IMG/VR virus record: IMGVR_UViG_3300020227_000045
Coordinates: 1-64,000 of that record
Source: a virus
Lineage: Duplodnaviria > Caudoviricetes
Reading direction: 5' to 3' (one strand)
DNA: 64,000 bases
The notes beneath the pieces are model-generated. The model was not told where the DNA came from. It did no database searches and saw only the letters and a program-made list of their open reading frames with translations. Made by a program: the position numbers and the translations under genes. This document shows positions 1 through 9,761 of the stretch, piece by piece. Numbering within the stretch: position 1 is the stretch's first letter; the number at the start of each line of letters is the position of its first letter.

Positions 1-30
1 TAAAGAAATTTAATAAAAAAATTATACAAT

Positions 31-58
31 AGCCTAGGATTAAATTCCTAGGTTTTTT
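31..58 (+). terminator. Rho-independent terminator
   Basis: CCTAGGA-ttaaat-TCCTAGG hairpin followed by a T run. Confidence 0.75.
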
Positions 59-59
59 T

Positions 60-540
60 AATGCAGAAAAATAAGATAAAAAAAAATTATAGAATAAAAA
101 CAAAATAGAATAGAAATGATATAGAATAAAAAGGAAATAAAATAATTAATTTATTAATTAACCAATATATAGAATAAAAGAACTATAGTATAAAAACAAA
201 ATTGAATAAAAGGAAAAATAATTAACTTTATTATAGAATAATTACCGTATAGAATAAAAGGAAAGTTAAATAAAATAATTATAAGAAAATTAATTTATAA
301 AAGAACCTTATTAAAAGAAAATTAATTTATAAAAGAAAAAACTTATTAATTAACCTATGAATAGATTAAAAAAAGAATAGGATAATTTTATTATAGAACA
401 AAAACAAAATAAGATAAAAAAAGAATAAAATTTTTATAGAATAATTAAATTATTAGTTAACCTATGAATAGATTAAAAAAAAAAGAATTAAATAATTAAT
501 TTATAGAATAATTAAGTTATTAGTTAACCTGGGAATTCTT
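60..540. repeat. A-rich non-coding region of degenerate direct repeats (ATAGAATAAAA-like; TAACCTATGAATAGATTAAAAAAA x2)
   Basis: Repeated TATAGAATAA motif many times, strong purine skew, no ORF. Confidence 0.6.
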
Positions 541-1682
541 TAACCTCCCCATCAGATAACTTTATACTTATATCGCCTACCCACCTATTAAACTTTTTAA
601 CTAATAGTGTCCTCTTCAATACTTATTTTATTGTATAAATTTTTTATCTAATTGTAGGCTAATCAATGCTAGTGATATTATATTGTGTGCTAATGATTAA
701 TTAATGAATTATAATCAGTAGTTAATCAGTTGTAATCAAGGGAAAAGTTTTACTTCTTATACAGTGTTATACCATTTAATTATTGTATTAACTTATATGA
801 AAGGTTTTATATAAATAAATTATAAAATAGAATATAAAAAAATAACCGCTTCAATGTTTAGTTAATGAAGCGGTTTAAATATATTTATTATTAGGTTGTG
901 TGATATCGTATTCAAATTATGTAGGGTAGTACAAGGCTAAAAAGGTTTATTATACTATAAATAATTTATATAGTATACTGTTACGGTTTCCCGCACTAAA
1001 GGATTTGCTACGGATATGAAGCGGACTATATTATAGATTAGAATGATTCTAATCTATAAACCTAACCTTTTACCCTAGGGATAAAGGCACTAAAAAATAA
1101 AAGACTGTAGGCAAGGGATTTATATTTTTATTTTATTCAAATTTAGTTATATTTCTATAAGAGTAAAAAGTTAAGGAGGTTTAAATAATAAAATTATATT
1201 ATCAATTAGGTATTAGTAAATGATAATATTAGATATATTTTATTTAGTGTAGTGTAATACTTAAATGAATTTAGTCGGAGTCTTTCCCGTTACTCCTCTT
1301 GAGTAACTCTGGAAGTCTGATTTCTACTTCACTTATAATGATACTACATTTTGGTATAAATTGCAATAGGTTTAGGGAAATTCTTTTTACTTTCTTTTAT
1401 TATTATATAAATTTATTATAGATATTTTAGGGTATCACTTCCATGATACTACAGTTTAGGTATAATGTCAAACACTTTCTTATACAGATTAACTTTACCT
1501 TTGTTCTGTATAGATTAATGTATTTACGATGTATTTATCCTTAATAGTATTAAATAATAGAGAGAGTAGGCTCTCTTTGGTCTGTAAGAGTTATAGGGCA
1601 TATTTGTATTGAATTATAGTTATTGTTCAATGTGAGGTGTCTGAGAGGGTTGTATATGTATATCCGCTTCATTTAGAAGCGG

Positions 1683-1964
1683 TTAGGTGGTTATTTTTCT
1701 TTTTTTATCTTGTATACCTTTGTGCATTTTGTTTATTAGGTCTTGCTTGTATTCTTTTGACTTGTAACTAGGTATCATAATATGTTTACCTTCTACAGTC
1801 GTCCTAATTTCTAAAGGTCTGTTATTTTTATCGGTTTCAATAATTTCAATACTATTTAAAGGATATTTATTTAAAACCTTTTCTATGTCTTTCTTAACCT
1901 TTGTTTGTATCATTGTTGTGTTTTCTTCTTCATTATATACAATAACAGTACTTTTTACATCCAT
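1683..1964 (-). CDS. Hypothetical protein, 93 aa (terminal-repeat-region type)
   Basis: ORF with upstream AAAGGA RBS and a leftward TTAAGT..TATACT promoter-like site. Confidence 0.7.
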   Translation of the reverse strand: MDVKSTVIVYNEEENTTMIQTKVKKDIEKVLNKYPLNSIEIIETDKNNRPLEIRTTVEGKHIMIPSYKSKEYKQDLINKMHKGIQDKKRKITT

Positions 1965-2215
1965 TTATATACATCCTTTCAATATATGTTTATTCTAGTA
2001 TATCATATTTACTTAAATTAACTTAAGATAAGTGTTTGACTTTTTAATATGTTGTTAACCGCTTCAATGTATTACCTTATACAGATTAACTTCTATTAGC
2101 TTTCATTGGATTATACTATTATATGATGTATTTATCCTAGAATATATTTAATGATAGAGAAGCGGGTTTATCTTTGCTCTCTATAGTATAGAAATGATTT
2201 TAATTATATTTAATG

Positions 2216-2250
2216 TTTGACAGAATGTTTTAATGTATGTTATCTTATAG
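2216..2250 (+). promoter_or_regulatory. Sigma-A-type early promoter (TTGACA..TATCTT) of mini-ORF cassette 1
   Basis: TTTGACAGAATG...TGTTATCTT followed by AGGAGG RBS and ATG at 2289. Confidence 0.65.
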
Positions 2251-2288
2251 ATAGTTAAGAAATACAGATACTTTAGGAGGTATAACAA

Positions 2289-2381
2289 ATGGCTATAGGC
2301 GTATTAGTAACTAGTGGTATTATTCTTTGGGGAATTGGCTCACTTGTAATTGTTGGACTTGTGGGAATGACAGAAGATTAA
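2289..2381 (+). CDS. Small hydrophobic peptide, 30 aa (MAIGVLVTSGIILWGIGSLVIVGLVGMTED)
   Basis: Read by hand; AGGAGG RBS, own promoter, single TM-like stretch. Confidence 0.6.
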   Translation: MAIGVLVTSGIILWGIGSLVIVGLVGMTED

Positions 2382-2681
2382 ATATAGAATTTACGAATAA
2401 AAAAATTATTATTAAATCTTTTAACGGTAATTATTTAATCAAATACGAATGTTTTTACAGAATTAGCTTTAAATGTTCGTGATATATAGATGTACTATAG
2501 AGGTAAAGGTTTTCTCTCAATTATCTAACTTAAATCGTTTTATGATGTATTTATCCTTATTAGTATTGAATGATAGAGAGAGAAGGTTCTCTTTGGTCTG
2601 TATGACTTAAAATTAATGTTTGACAGAATTATCTACTATAGGTTATACTTTAGATACAAATTAATTAGGAGGTCGGAAATT

Positions 2682-2756
2682 ATGTTATTCATATTTGGTT
2701 TTGTAATGATGAGTGCTTTCATTTATGGTTACATGGAAGAAGAAAACAAAAAATAA
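2682..2756 (+). CDS. Small hydrophobic peptide, 24 aa (MLFIFGFVMMSAFIYGYMEEENKK)
   Basis: Read by hand; AGGAGG RBS and TTGACA..TATACT promoter directly upstream. Confidence 0.55.
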   Translation: MLFIFGFVMMSAFIYGYMEEENKK

Positions 2757-2819
2757 TGTTTGACAAAAATATTTAATGTATGCTATAATTTAGATACAAA
2801 TTAATTAGGAGGTAATACA

Positions 2820-2966
2820 ATGATAAAATTTAAATTAAATGGTAAGAAATACAAATCTACACCACTAACGGATAAGCTAGTTATTTTATTTGGAGGTACT
2901 GGAATAGTTGCAACAATTGATTATCTTATCAGAATTCAAGATAACATCAACATTTTTATTAAATAA
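2820..2966 (+). CDS. Small membrane-associated peptide, 48 aa
   Basis: Read by hand; AGGAGG RBS and TTGACA..TATAAT promoter upstream. Confidence 0.65.
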   Translation: MIKFKLNGKKYKSTPLTDKLVILFGGTGIVATIDYLIRIQDNINIFIK

Positions 2967-3025
2967 ATGTTGACAACCTAGAAACAACGTGTTAATATTA
3001 AGATAACAAATAATTAGAAAAGGAA

Positions 3026-3229
3026 TTGATAATTATGAAAACTGTTAAAATTTTAAAAAATGTAGAATTGACTTTAGCACCTATTCATGGTAAGTTAAAT
3101 GTTGGGCAATACTTCGATAAATATTATACAAATGTAGACAAGAATATAACAGTAACAAAAATTCATAAACAAATTGAGGCAGATGTTTATGATAGAAAAT
3201 ATTTAATTGATGCAATTGAAGTTAAATAA
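3026..3229 (+). CDS. Terminal-repeat-region hypothetical protein
   Basis: ORF with RBS and TTGACA promoter; likely start MKTVK at 3035. Confidence 0.7.
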   Translation: MIIMKTVKILKNVELTLAPIHGKLNVGQYFDKYYTNVDKNITVTKIHKQIEADVYDRKYLIDAIEVK

Positions 3230-3365
3230 AAAAATTATATAAACCGCTTCGGATCTAAATAAAAAACTTCAAAAAAAGTTTTAAATACTTGTTGACACTT
3301 TAGCAGATAGATGGTAATATTAAGGTAGTTAGAAAAACAAAAAAATTATTAGGAGATGTTTAGAT

Positions 3366-3677
3366 ATGAATAACACTTATACAGTAGAACAATTAAGATT
3401 AATGGTAATGGAAGTAAATGAATTTGATAGTAGTTTAGATAACTTAGAGTTTTTTGAAATGGAAGAGCTTGACGATGTTTTAACTGGTTTAGAGCCTACA
3501 GAAATATTAAGAATGGCACACTTTGGAGATTTTAACTGGAACGATGAATATTTTCAAATAAACGTATATGGCAACTTAGACAGTGTTAATAGTTGGGATA
3601 TAGAAGACTATCAAGATGAAATTGTAGATCGTTACAATGAACTTGTAGAAAATGAAGAAATAGAAAACATACTTTAA
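3366..3677 (+). CDS. Acidic terminal-repeat-region early protein, 103 aa
   Basis: AGGAGA RBS, TTGACA promoter at about 3295, very D/E-rich. Confidence 0.75.
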   Translation: MNNTYTVEQLRLMVMEVNEFDSSLDNLEFFEMEELDDVLTGLEPTEILRMAHFGDFNWNDEYFQINVYGNLDSVNSWDIEDYQDEIVDRYNELVENEEIENIL

Positions 3678-3757
3678 TCATTGTTAGGGTGTCCACCGCT
3701 TCGGTGGTGGGTATCTTATAGAGTGATTAAATCACTACTAAACTAAATGAAAAGGAA

Positions 3758-4258
3758 TTGATTATAATGAATACAATTAGAGAATTTTTAGAAACTAGAG
3801 AAGCAGAAGGAACTATGCACATTGGAGATTTAGCAGAGTTTGGACTTATGAGTGTAGCACCTGGAGAACTAATGTACAATGAAGATATTATTAATTTCTT
3901 TGATAATTATTACACTGATATTGAAAATACTGTGATTGATTATGTAGAGGGTACTATTGGTGGGGAGTTTTACGACCTAACTAACATGGAGTTATTGAGT
4001 GATTTAAATAACTATACTAACTTAGAGTTTACAACTGAAGATGAAATGCTAGAAATGTTACGTGAGAAAGCAGAACAAGAGGCAATAGCAGACAATGAAG
4101 ACGATTGGGATAATATGGATGAAGACGAACAAGAGGAACTTATATTCGATTATATGGAGGACTTAGAGGTTCTACCTACTGACCAAGACAAGATTAACTT
4201 TGTATGCTTAGCGGTTGAATTAGTAGCACAAGGCATGATAGAAGAAAGAGACTTATAA
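3758..4258 (+). CDS. Highly acidic early protein, 166 aa (possible DNA mimic)
   Basis: ORF with RBS; extreme D/E content. Confidence 0.7.
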   Translation: MIIMNTIREFLETREAEGTMHIGDLAEFGLMSVAPGELMYNEDIINFFDNYYTDIENTVIDYVEGTIGGEFYDLTNMELLSDLNNYTNLEFTTEDEMLEMLREKAEQEAIADNEDDWDNMDEDEQEELIFDYMEDLEVLPTDQDKINFVCLAVELVAQGMIEERDL

Positions 4259-4289
4259 GATATACAGTAACCAATAAGGAGGATATATA

Positions 4290-4382
4290 ATGGACTATAA
4301 CACAATGTTATTGAAGCGGTTAGAACAGTCTGTTAAAGACTTAGAAAAGGTTGTTAAGTTTAAGAATAAAGAACATAATTAA
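4290..4382 (+). CDS. Small peptide, 30 aa
   Basis: Read by hand; AAGGAGG RBS; followed by a hairpin and T run. Confidence 0.5.
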   Translation: MDYNTMLLKRLEQSVKDLEKVVKFKNKEHN

Positions 4383-5000
4383 AGGCTATCGTTTGATAGT
4401 CTTTTTTCTTTTGTCTTATCCGCTTCATTTAGTCTGTAAGGTACACAGAAAGGACTTAGATTGCTTGTGTTTAAATTTAATTGTATTTAGGTATTATGTA
4501 TCCTATTATATGTTAGTACTGTGTAAGGTACTTCTTTGTGTCTTGTGTAAGGTTATGAATTAATTTAAAAAACTTAATTAAAATAAAATAATTAAGAATA
4601 AATATTTTATAAACTTAAAAATAATAATTTATATTATTAACTTTATTTATTTTATTAATTATTATATAAAAAAATTATTTAATTGAGTACCCCCGTATAA
4701 AATAGCCATAAAGTGGGGTACAATATAATAGCTACCCCACACTCTCATGAGGCTTATAATTTTCTAGTAAATTTTTGGTGGTAAAATTTTTGGAATTATA
4801 ATTTTCTTGAAATGTAAGTCAACACTATTAGTTATTTATCTATCTATCTTATATATACCCGCTCACCCACCCCGTAATTATATAAGTAATACCTTAGTAT
4901 ATAAATGTCAACACTAATGATTTTAAAATTTAAATTCTTAAAAATAAAATGTCAACATAATTAGACTAACTAATAAATGTCAACATTAAGTATGTAAAAA

Positions 5001-5028
5001 TAAGAGGTCTTTAAATAAGAGACCTCTA
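5001..5028. terminator. Terminator ending the leftward gene block
   Basis: AGAGGTCT..AGACCTCT inverted repeat immediately after the stop of 5032..5379. Confidence 0.65.
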
Positions 5029-5031
5029 GGG

Positions 5032-5379
5032 TTAATCTTCCCATTCTAATTCTGGTAATAATTCTTTTTGTTCTGTCCAACTTGTTAATACTTTATTTAA
5101 TATGACTGATATAAAGTTTACATCTCTGAATTTAAGTATCTTTGATGTGAAGTGACCTTTTTCTAATCCTTTAGGTATATGGACTGCTATAGCCTCACTA
5201 TAGAGATTATCGAAAGGGATAGATAGTGTCTTGTTATCGTATTTAAAGACTAAGGTTAATACATAAGATTCTTCTATAGTTTTACTTAACTTTACCTTTT
5301 CTCCATTGTTAAGTTTTAAGTACTTACCACTTTTTTGTTTAAAGTAGTCTTTTAATCGTGTAGTATCTGAGATATACAT
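5032..5379 (-). CDS. Hypothetical protein, 115 aa
   Basis: ORF with GGAGG RBS; TAATG coupling to the upstream ORF. Confidence 0.75.
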   Translation of the reverse strand: MYISDTTRLKDYFKQKSGKYLKLNNGEKVKLSKTIEESYVLTLVFKYDNKTLSIPFDNLYSEAIAVHIPKGLEKGHFTSKILKFRDVNFISVILNKVLTSWTEQKELLPELEWED

Positions 5380-5531
5380 TAGTTTTCCTCCTTATTTAGT
5401 ATACTATCTTTTCCCTGTAAATCATCTAAAACTTCATAATATAATATCTCCCCAAGACTTAAGTTTTCATTCTTATACTTTTCTTTTATATACTCATATA
5501 TATACTCATAGTATTCTTTAGAACTATCCAT
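5379..5531 (-). CDS. Hypothetical protein, 50 aa
   Basis: Read by hand; GGAG RBS; TAA overlaps the next ATG. Confidence 0.55.
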   Translation of the reverse strand: MDSSKEYYEYIYEYIKEKYKNENLSLGEILYYEVLDDLQGKDSILNKEEN

Positions 5532-5676
5532 AAATAATTCTCCTTTTTTTAAAATTTAATAACTACTTCTATTTTTACACTAGACTCTTTCTTTTCTGAT
5601 AGTTGTTTTGCAATTAAATCTTTATTTTTTAATTCTTCTTGTATTTGATATAAAGATTTCATTTATACTATATCTC

Positions 5677-6066
5677 CTATTCATTTAAATAGTCTAAAAT
5701 TTCTTCTTTATCATTGTAGTACACCCAAAAACTTTGAGTGTGTAATCTAATTTCTTTGCATATCCCCTTCAAAACATCTGTATTATTTAGATACCCAAGT
5801 CTCCCCAACACTATTTCTCTGTGTCCTGTTTCATTATAAGGTTTTACATTGAATATGCCATATTTTGTAGCGAACAGTTCAAGTGTGTTTACTTTACTCT
5901 TGTACTTTATAGTAATTTTTAAAACATCAAATTCTGAATGTCTACTATGTTCTAAATCCATAATAGTAAAAGTGTTATTATTAACGGTGAATGGTTCATC
6001 TATTACATTTTGTAAACTTTTATAAGCATTAAGCATCCTATTTTTGTGTAATTCTAAATCTTCCAT
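5677..6066 (-). CDS. Hypothetical protein, 129 aa
   Basis: ORF with AGGAGG RBS and upstream promoter-like site. Confidence 0.75.
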   Translation of the reverse strand: MEDLELHKNRMLNAYKSLQNVIDEPFTVNNNTFTIMDLEHSRHSEFDVLKITIKYKSKVNTLELFATKYGIFNVKPYNETGHREIVLGRLGYLNNTDVLKGICKEIRLHTQSFWVYYNDKEEILDYLNE

Positions 6067-6146
6067 TATAATTCCTCCTTATTAGTTATATACCTATTAT
6101 ACAGTAAAACTCTACGAAAGTAAATACGTAGAGTTAATTTTTTTAT

Positions 6147-6395
6147 TTAATTTTCTTTTAAATAGATTTCATGAATCGTAATCATATCTTCTCTAAATAA
6201 GGGTACATCTTCTATATTATCTTTGTAATAGAAAAAATGCCCATCTGGGATGTACCCTCTTCCTTTTTCTTCATAGCCTTCTGCTTTAATACGTTTAATT
6301 AAGTTCTTCTTATTTGTATAAACTGTATCTTCTCTGTAAGAATAGTTATCTTCATATTGTTCACAATTATCATGTTCTACTTGGTATAATTTCAT
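6147..6395 (-). CDS. Hypothetical protein, 82 aa
   Basis: ORF; N-terminus resembles that of 10639..11121 (VYQ...TVYTN...EGY). Confidence 0.7.
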   Translation of the reverse strand: MKLYQVEHDNCEQYEDNYSYREDTVYTNKKNLIKRIKAEGYEEKGRGYIPDGHFFYYKDNIEDVPLFREDMITIHEIYLKEN

Positions 6396-6914
6396 TTATT
6401 TTTCCACCTTATATTTAAATGTTTTAATATACTCACTATTTTTTAACACCTTTTGCACATTTTCACTAATAAATTTTTCTTGCTCTACCTCTTTTATTTT
6501 TTCCTGTATTCTAAGGTACAGAACTTTAGGAACACAGGTAGGGTTTTGTAATTCTTCTTCTGTAACTGAGTTTGTAAAACTTGCCATATCATCATTAGCT
6601 AGAATAAGACCATCTGTAATTCTAGTTAACTTATCTCCATTAGGTTTATAATATATAATTTCATAAACCTCTTCATCTTTAAATAACTTCTCACGAGGTA
6701 TCCTTCTAGAGGAGAAGCTATAACCATTTTTAAAGGTGATTATTATGTTTTGGGTTTCTCTTAAAAACACTCTTAAAGTATTTTCAAAAATATCCCATTT
6801 TTTGTTTTCTTCCTTTGTTATAGTTATATTTTCCTTATTTTTTTTAAACATCGTTATTATTCCTCCTCCTTGTAATACACAGTGTCTATATGGGTAATAT
6901 TGTTTTTGAACCAT
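6396..6914 (-). CDS. Hypothetical protein (true start probably MFKKNK at about 6851)
   Basis: GGAGGAGG RBS precedes the internal ATG. Confidence 0.7.
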   Translation of the reverse strand: MVQKQYYPYRHCVLQGGGIITMFKKNKENITITKEENKKWDIFENTLRVFLRETQNIIITFKNGYSFSSRRIPREKLFKDEEVYEIIYYKPNGDKLTRITDGLILANDDMASFTNSVTEEELQNPTCVPKVLYLRIQEKIKEVEQEKFISENVQKVLKNSEYIKTFKYKVEK

Positions 6915-7387
6915 GTAGATTTATCACCTTTTTTAGATTCTAAAGAGTTACCTCCGTTAAAAACAAGACCCTTAATAAAAGAATTTAAGTTAGTTTTAGT
7001 ATCTTTTTGTTTTACAACAGTAGAAGACCCTGATACATCACAAATACTTATAAAATTAATATCTTTTTCTATTTCTTTTTCTAGCTTTTCTTTATTTTCT
7101 TCTTCCCATATATCGTACAAATAGTCTAGGTACTCTGTAATTGTATTAAAATCTTTTATTTTACTACCTTTATTGTAGCTATCTCCGTACCCTTTTTTTG
7201 CTATAAAGTCATCTCCAATATTAGCATTAATAGTATCGTTATTTTTGGTATAAAAAATATATTCTTCGGGTGGGGATTGTATCATTACATTGCCAAAGTA
7301 AACGTACTCTAAGGTATACTCACCAATTTTTTTAACTTTACATTCCCTCATTTCGTCAAATAAAGCTAAAAACGTTTCATAATCCAT
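6857..7387 (-). CDS. Hypothetical protein, 176 aa
   Basis: ORF with AAAGGA RBS and leftward TTGACA..TATAAT promoter at about 7435-7470. Confidence 0.75.
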   Translation of the reverse strand: MDYETFLALFDEMRECKVKKIGEYTLEYVYFGNVMIQSPPEEYIFYTKNNDTINANIGDDFIAKKGYGDSYNKGSKIKDFNTITEYLDYLYDIWEEENKEKLEKEIEKDINFISICDVSGSSTVVKQKDTKTNLNSFIKGLVFNGGNSLESKKGDKSTWFKNNITHIDTVYYKEEE

Positions 7388-7531
7388 AAATTACATCCTT
7401 TCTGTTGTATAAACAAATACCTATCATTATTTATATACCTATTATAACATAACTAAAAGTAAATGTCAACTAAAATATATATAAAAAAACACTAAGTTTA
7501 TCTAGTGTTTTTTTTTATACTACTTTTATAA

Positions 7532-9277
7532 CTATCTAATTGGAAACATTATATTAATAGCTATACCATTATTTGGTGGCACTGTTCCAGTATTCACTAA
7601 TACTATCTGTCCATTGGATTTAATATCTAAAATTGGTAATGAGGTTTGTACTAAAGCACTTCCTGTAATAGCCACTGGTGTCCTTTGTGTGTTTATAGGT
7701 CTAACTCCTTCTGGTAATGTTGCTATAACCGTAGTATCCATAGGTTGTTTATTAGCCCATCCATATACAAATACCATATCCTCACTAATTTTTTTATACC
7801 TTAATTGTACACCACTTTGTACTTTCCAATCATTTTGATAATCTAGGTCAGTCCAAGTTCCTAAATCACTATATATTTGACCACCATTTTCTTTCTTTTC
7901 TGGAATACTAGCTGATTGTATCCAATCGTTTGAGCCACTTTTGAAAATAAAACCATTTAATGAATATAAAGCAACTACATTACCTGTACCTGAAGTTATG
8001 TTGTCATCTATTCTAACTGTACTACCATTTTGAGATTGAATACATAAATCTTGATTACTTAGATATGATGTTCCTAATGAACCGAAGCTACCATCCCAAT
8101 AAAGTGTTATTTTTCCAGGTATGTTTCTATCCATCCTACAACGACTTATAGAACCATATATACATCTACTAAATAGTATAAATGCTTTTCTGTTTATTTC
8201 TCCACCATAAGTACCCATATCTTCAATGTGTACATACCCCATGATGTCATAGAAGTTTAAAGCCTTAACACGTACATTTATGTTTTCGATATTTTCTGGT
8301 GGTTCTGTGCTTCTTATAAATATTGTTCCACCAATCACACCTGTTAAGTATGCTTCTTCGTCATAGTCTCCTGGTTCTACTAGGACAGTATAACGTTTAT
8401 CTATTATTTTAGGAATACTATCAAATGCTTTTTGAATACTATCAAAAGGATTCCTTTTTGTACCGTTACCATTATCTGTTCCTGTCTTACTCACATATAT
8501 ACTCACTGAAGATTGTGATAATCCATAGATTCTCTCTACTTTTTTCCCAATATCTAATACATCTTCTTTAATAGGTGTCCTTAACTCTTCTATTTGCTCA
8601 GGTGTAAAATCTTGATAAGTAAAATCTTCTCCTTTATCTCCTTTGTCACCTTTTTCTCCTTTTTCTCCTTGAAGTCCTCTTTCCCCTTGCTCACCCTTAT
8701 TACCTTTAAATCCTATTTCACCTTTTTCACCAGGCTCACCCTTATCGCCTTTGTCACCTTTATCTCCTTTGAACCCTCTATCCCCTTTTTCACCAGGTTC
8801 TCCTTTATCCCCTTTGTCTCCTTTAAGTGATTCTAACCACTCAATTTCAGTTCCTTCAAAACCATTATCTAGAGCATATTCATAAGCACTTCCACCTTGT
8901 GTGAGGTTTAAACCACTATCTCCTGGTTCTCCTTTAATAGATTCAACCCATTCTTTTTCTGTTCCACTAAAACCATTCTTAACTGCAATATCATAAGCTG
9001 TCATAGGTTTAACTGTTAAGGCATCTTTAAAATAAAATACTAATTCTTTATTTGTACTACTTTCTGTTGTAAATCTAGGTACAGGTATTAATTCTGTTTC
9101 ATAATTTTTATCTTCCCAACTTACAAAGTATGTTCCTTCTTCATAAGTAGTATAGGGTATTAAGTCTGTAAGTAAACCCCACCCTTTATCACCTGTAAAT
9201 TCCTGACTTACAAGGATAAGTTCTTTTTCCTTATTATATATTTTTAATACTGCCATATCGTTATCTCCTTTATACAT
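7532..9277 (-). CDS. Collagen-repeat fibre/appendage-like protein with a putative beta-helix (pectin-lyase-like) domain
   Basis: SAYEYALDNGFEGTEIEWLESLKG motif, about 22 G-X-Y triplets, IYVSKTGTDNGNGTKRNPFDSIQKA beta-helix entry motif, C-terminal fibre-tip-like domain. Confidence 0.7.
   Translation of the reverse strand: MYKGDNDMAVLKIYNKEKELILVSQEFTGDKGWGLLTDLIPYTTYEEGTYFVSWEDKNYETELIPVPRFTTESSTNKELVFYFKDALTVKPMTAYDIAVKNGFSGTEKEWVESIKGEPGDSGLNLTQGGSAYEYALDNGFEGTEIEWLESLKGDKGDKGEPGEKGDRGFKGDKGDKGDKGEPGEKGEIGFKGNKGEQGERGLQGEKGEKGDKGDKGEDFTYQDFTPEQIEELRTPIKEDVLDIGKKVERIYGLSQSSVSIYVSKTGTDNGNGTKRNPFDSIQKAFDSIPKIIDKRYTVLVEPGDYDEEAYLTGVIGGTIFIRSTEPPENIENINVRVKALNFYDIMGYVHIEDMGTYGGEINRKAFILFSRCIYGSISRCRMDRNIPGKITLYWDGSFGSLGTSYLSNQDLCIQSQNGSTVRIDDNITSGTGNVVALYSLNGFIFKSGSNDWIQSASIPEKKENGGQIYSDLGTWTDLDYQNDWKVQSGVQLRYKKISEDMVFVYGWANKQPMDTTVIATLPEGVRPINTQRTPVAITGSALVQTSLPILDIKSNGQIVLVNTGTVPPNNGIAINIMFPIR
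8630..8826 (-). repeat. Collagen-like G-X-Y repeat coding tract
   Basis: GDKGDKGEPGEKG... repeats in the translation. Confidence 0.85.
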
Positions 9278-9331
9278 TATATATCATCTATAATATACCA
9301 TCTTGTTATATATAAATTCTTATATAACGAT

Positions 9332-9730
9332 TTAAATAACCTTTTTCCAACCTTGTCTTTCTAATTCTTTTAAGGACTTATGTTTATGATAAATCGTTTC
9401 ACAACTTGTAAAATCCACAATGTTATACTCGTCTTCATCTATTTTAATAAGAATACCTGAAGTATAACCATCAGTAACGTAGTCTCCTTTACTAATAATA
9501 GGTTTAAGTAATTCTAAAACCCTCATTAGCATATCGTCATCCGTCAAATGCCTTCTACCCCCTCCTTCATTTTCTTTATGGGTGATATAACTATCATTAG
9601 CTATACAAACCTTAACCTTATTGTTGATGCTTACTGCTTCCTCATATAAATCTACGTGATTTAATTCTACACCTTTTTCACTCATACTTTTTGTAATTAG
9701 ACTTAATAATTCTGTTATGTTATCTACCAT
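9332..9730 (-). CDS. Hypothetical protein, 132 aa
   Basis: ORF with AAGGAGG RBS. Confidence 0.7.
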   Translation of the reverse strand: MVDNITELLSLITKSMSEKGVELNHVDLYEEAVSINNKVKVCIANDSYITHKENEGGGRRHLTDDDMLMRVLELLKPIISKGDYVTDGYTSGILIKIDEDEYNIVDFTSCETIYHKHKSLKELERQGWKKVI

Positions 9731-9761
9731 TATAATTCCTCCTTATAAAATGTGTGTTTTA

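Noticed and set aside
60-2620. CRISPR-like array
   Set aside because: Repeats are degenerate and irregularly spaced, with no constant repeat-spacer period and no cas genes.
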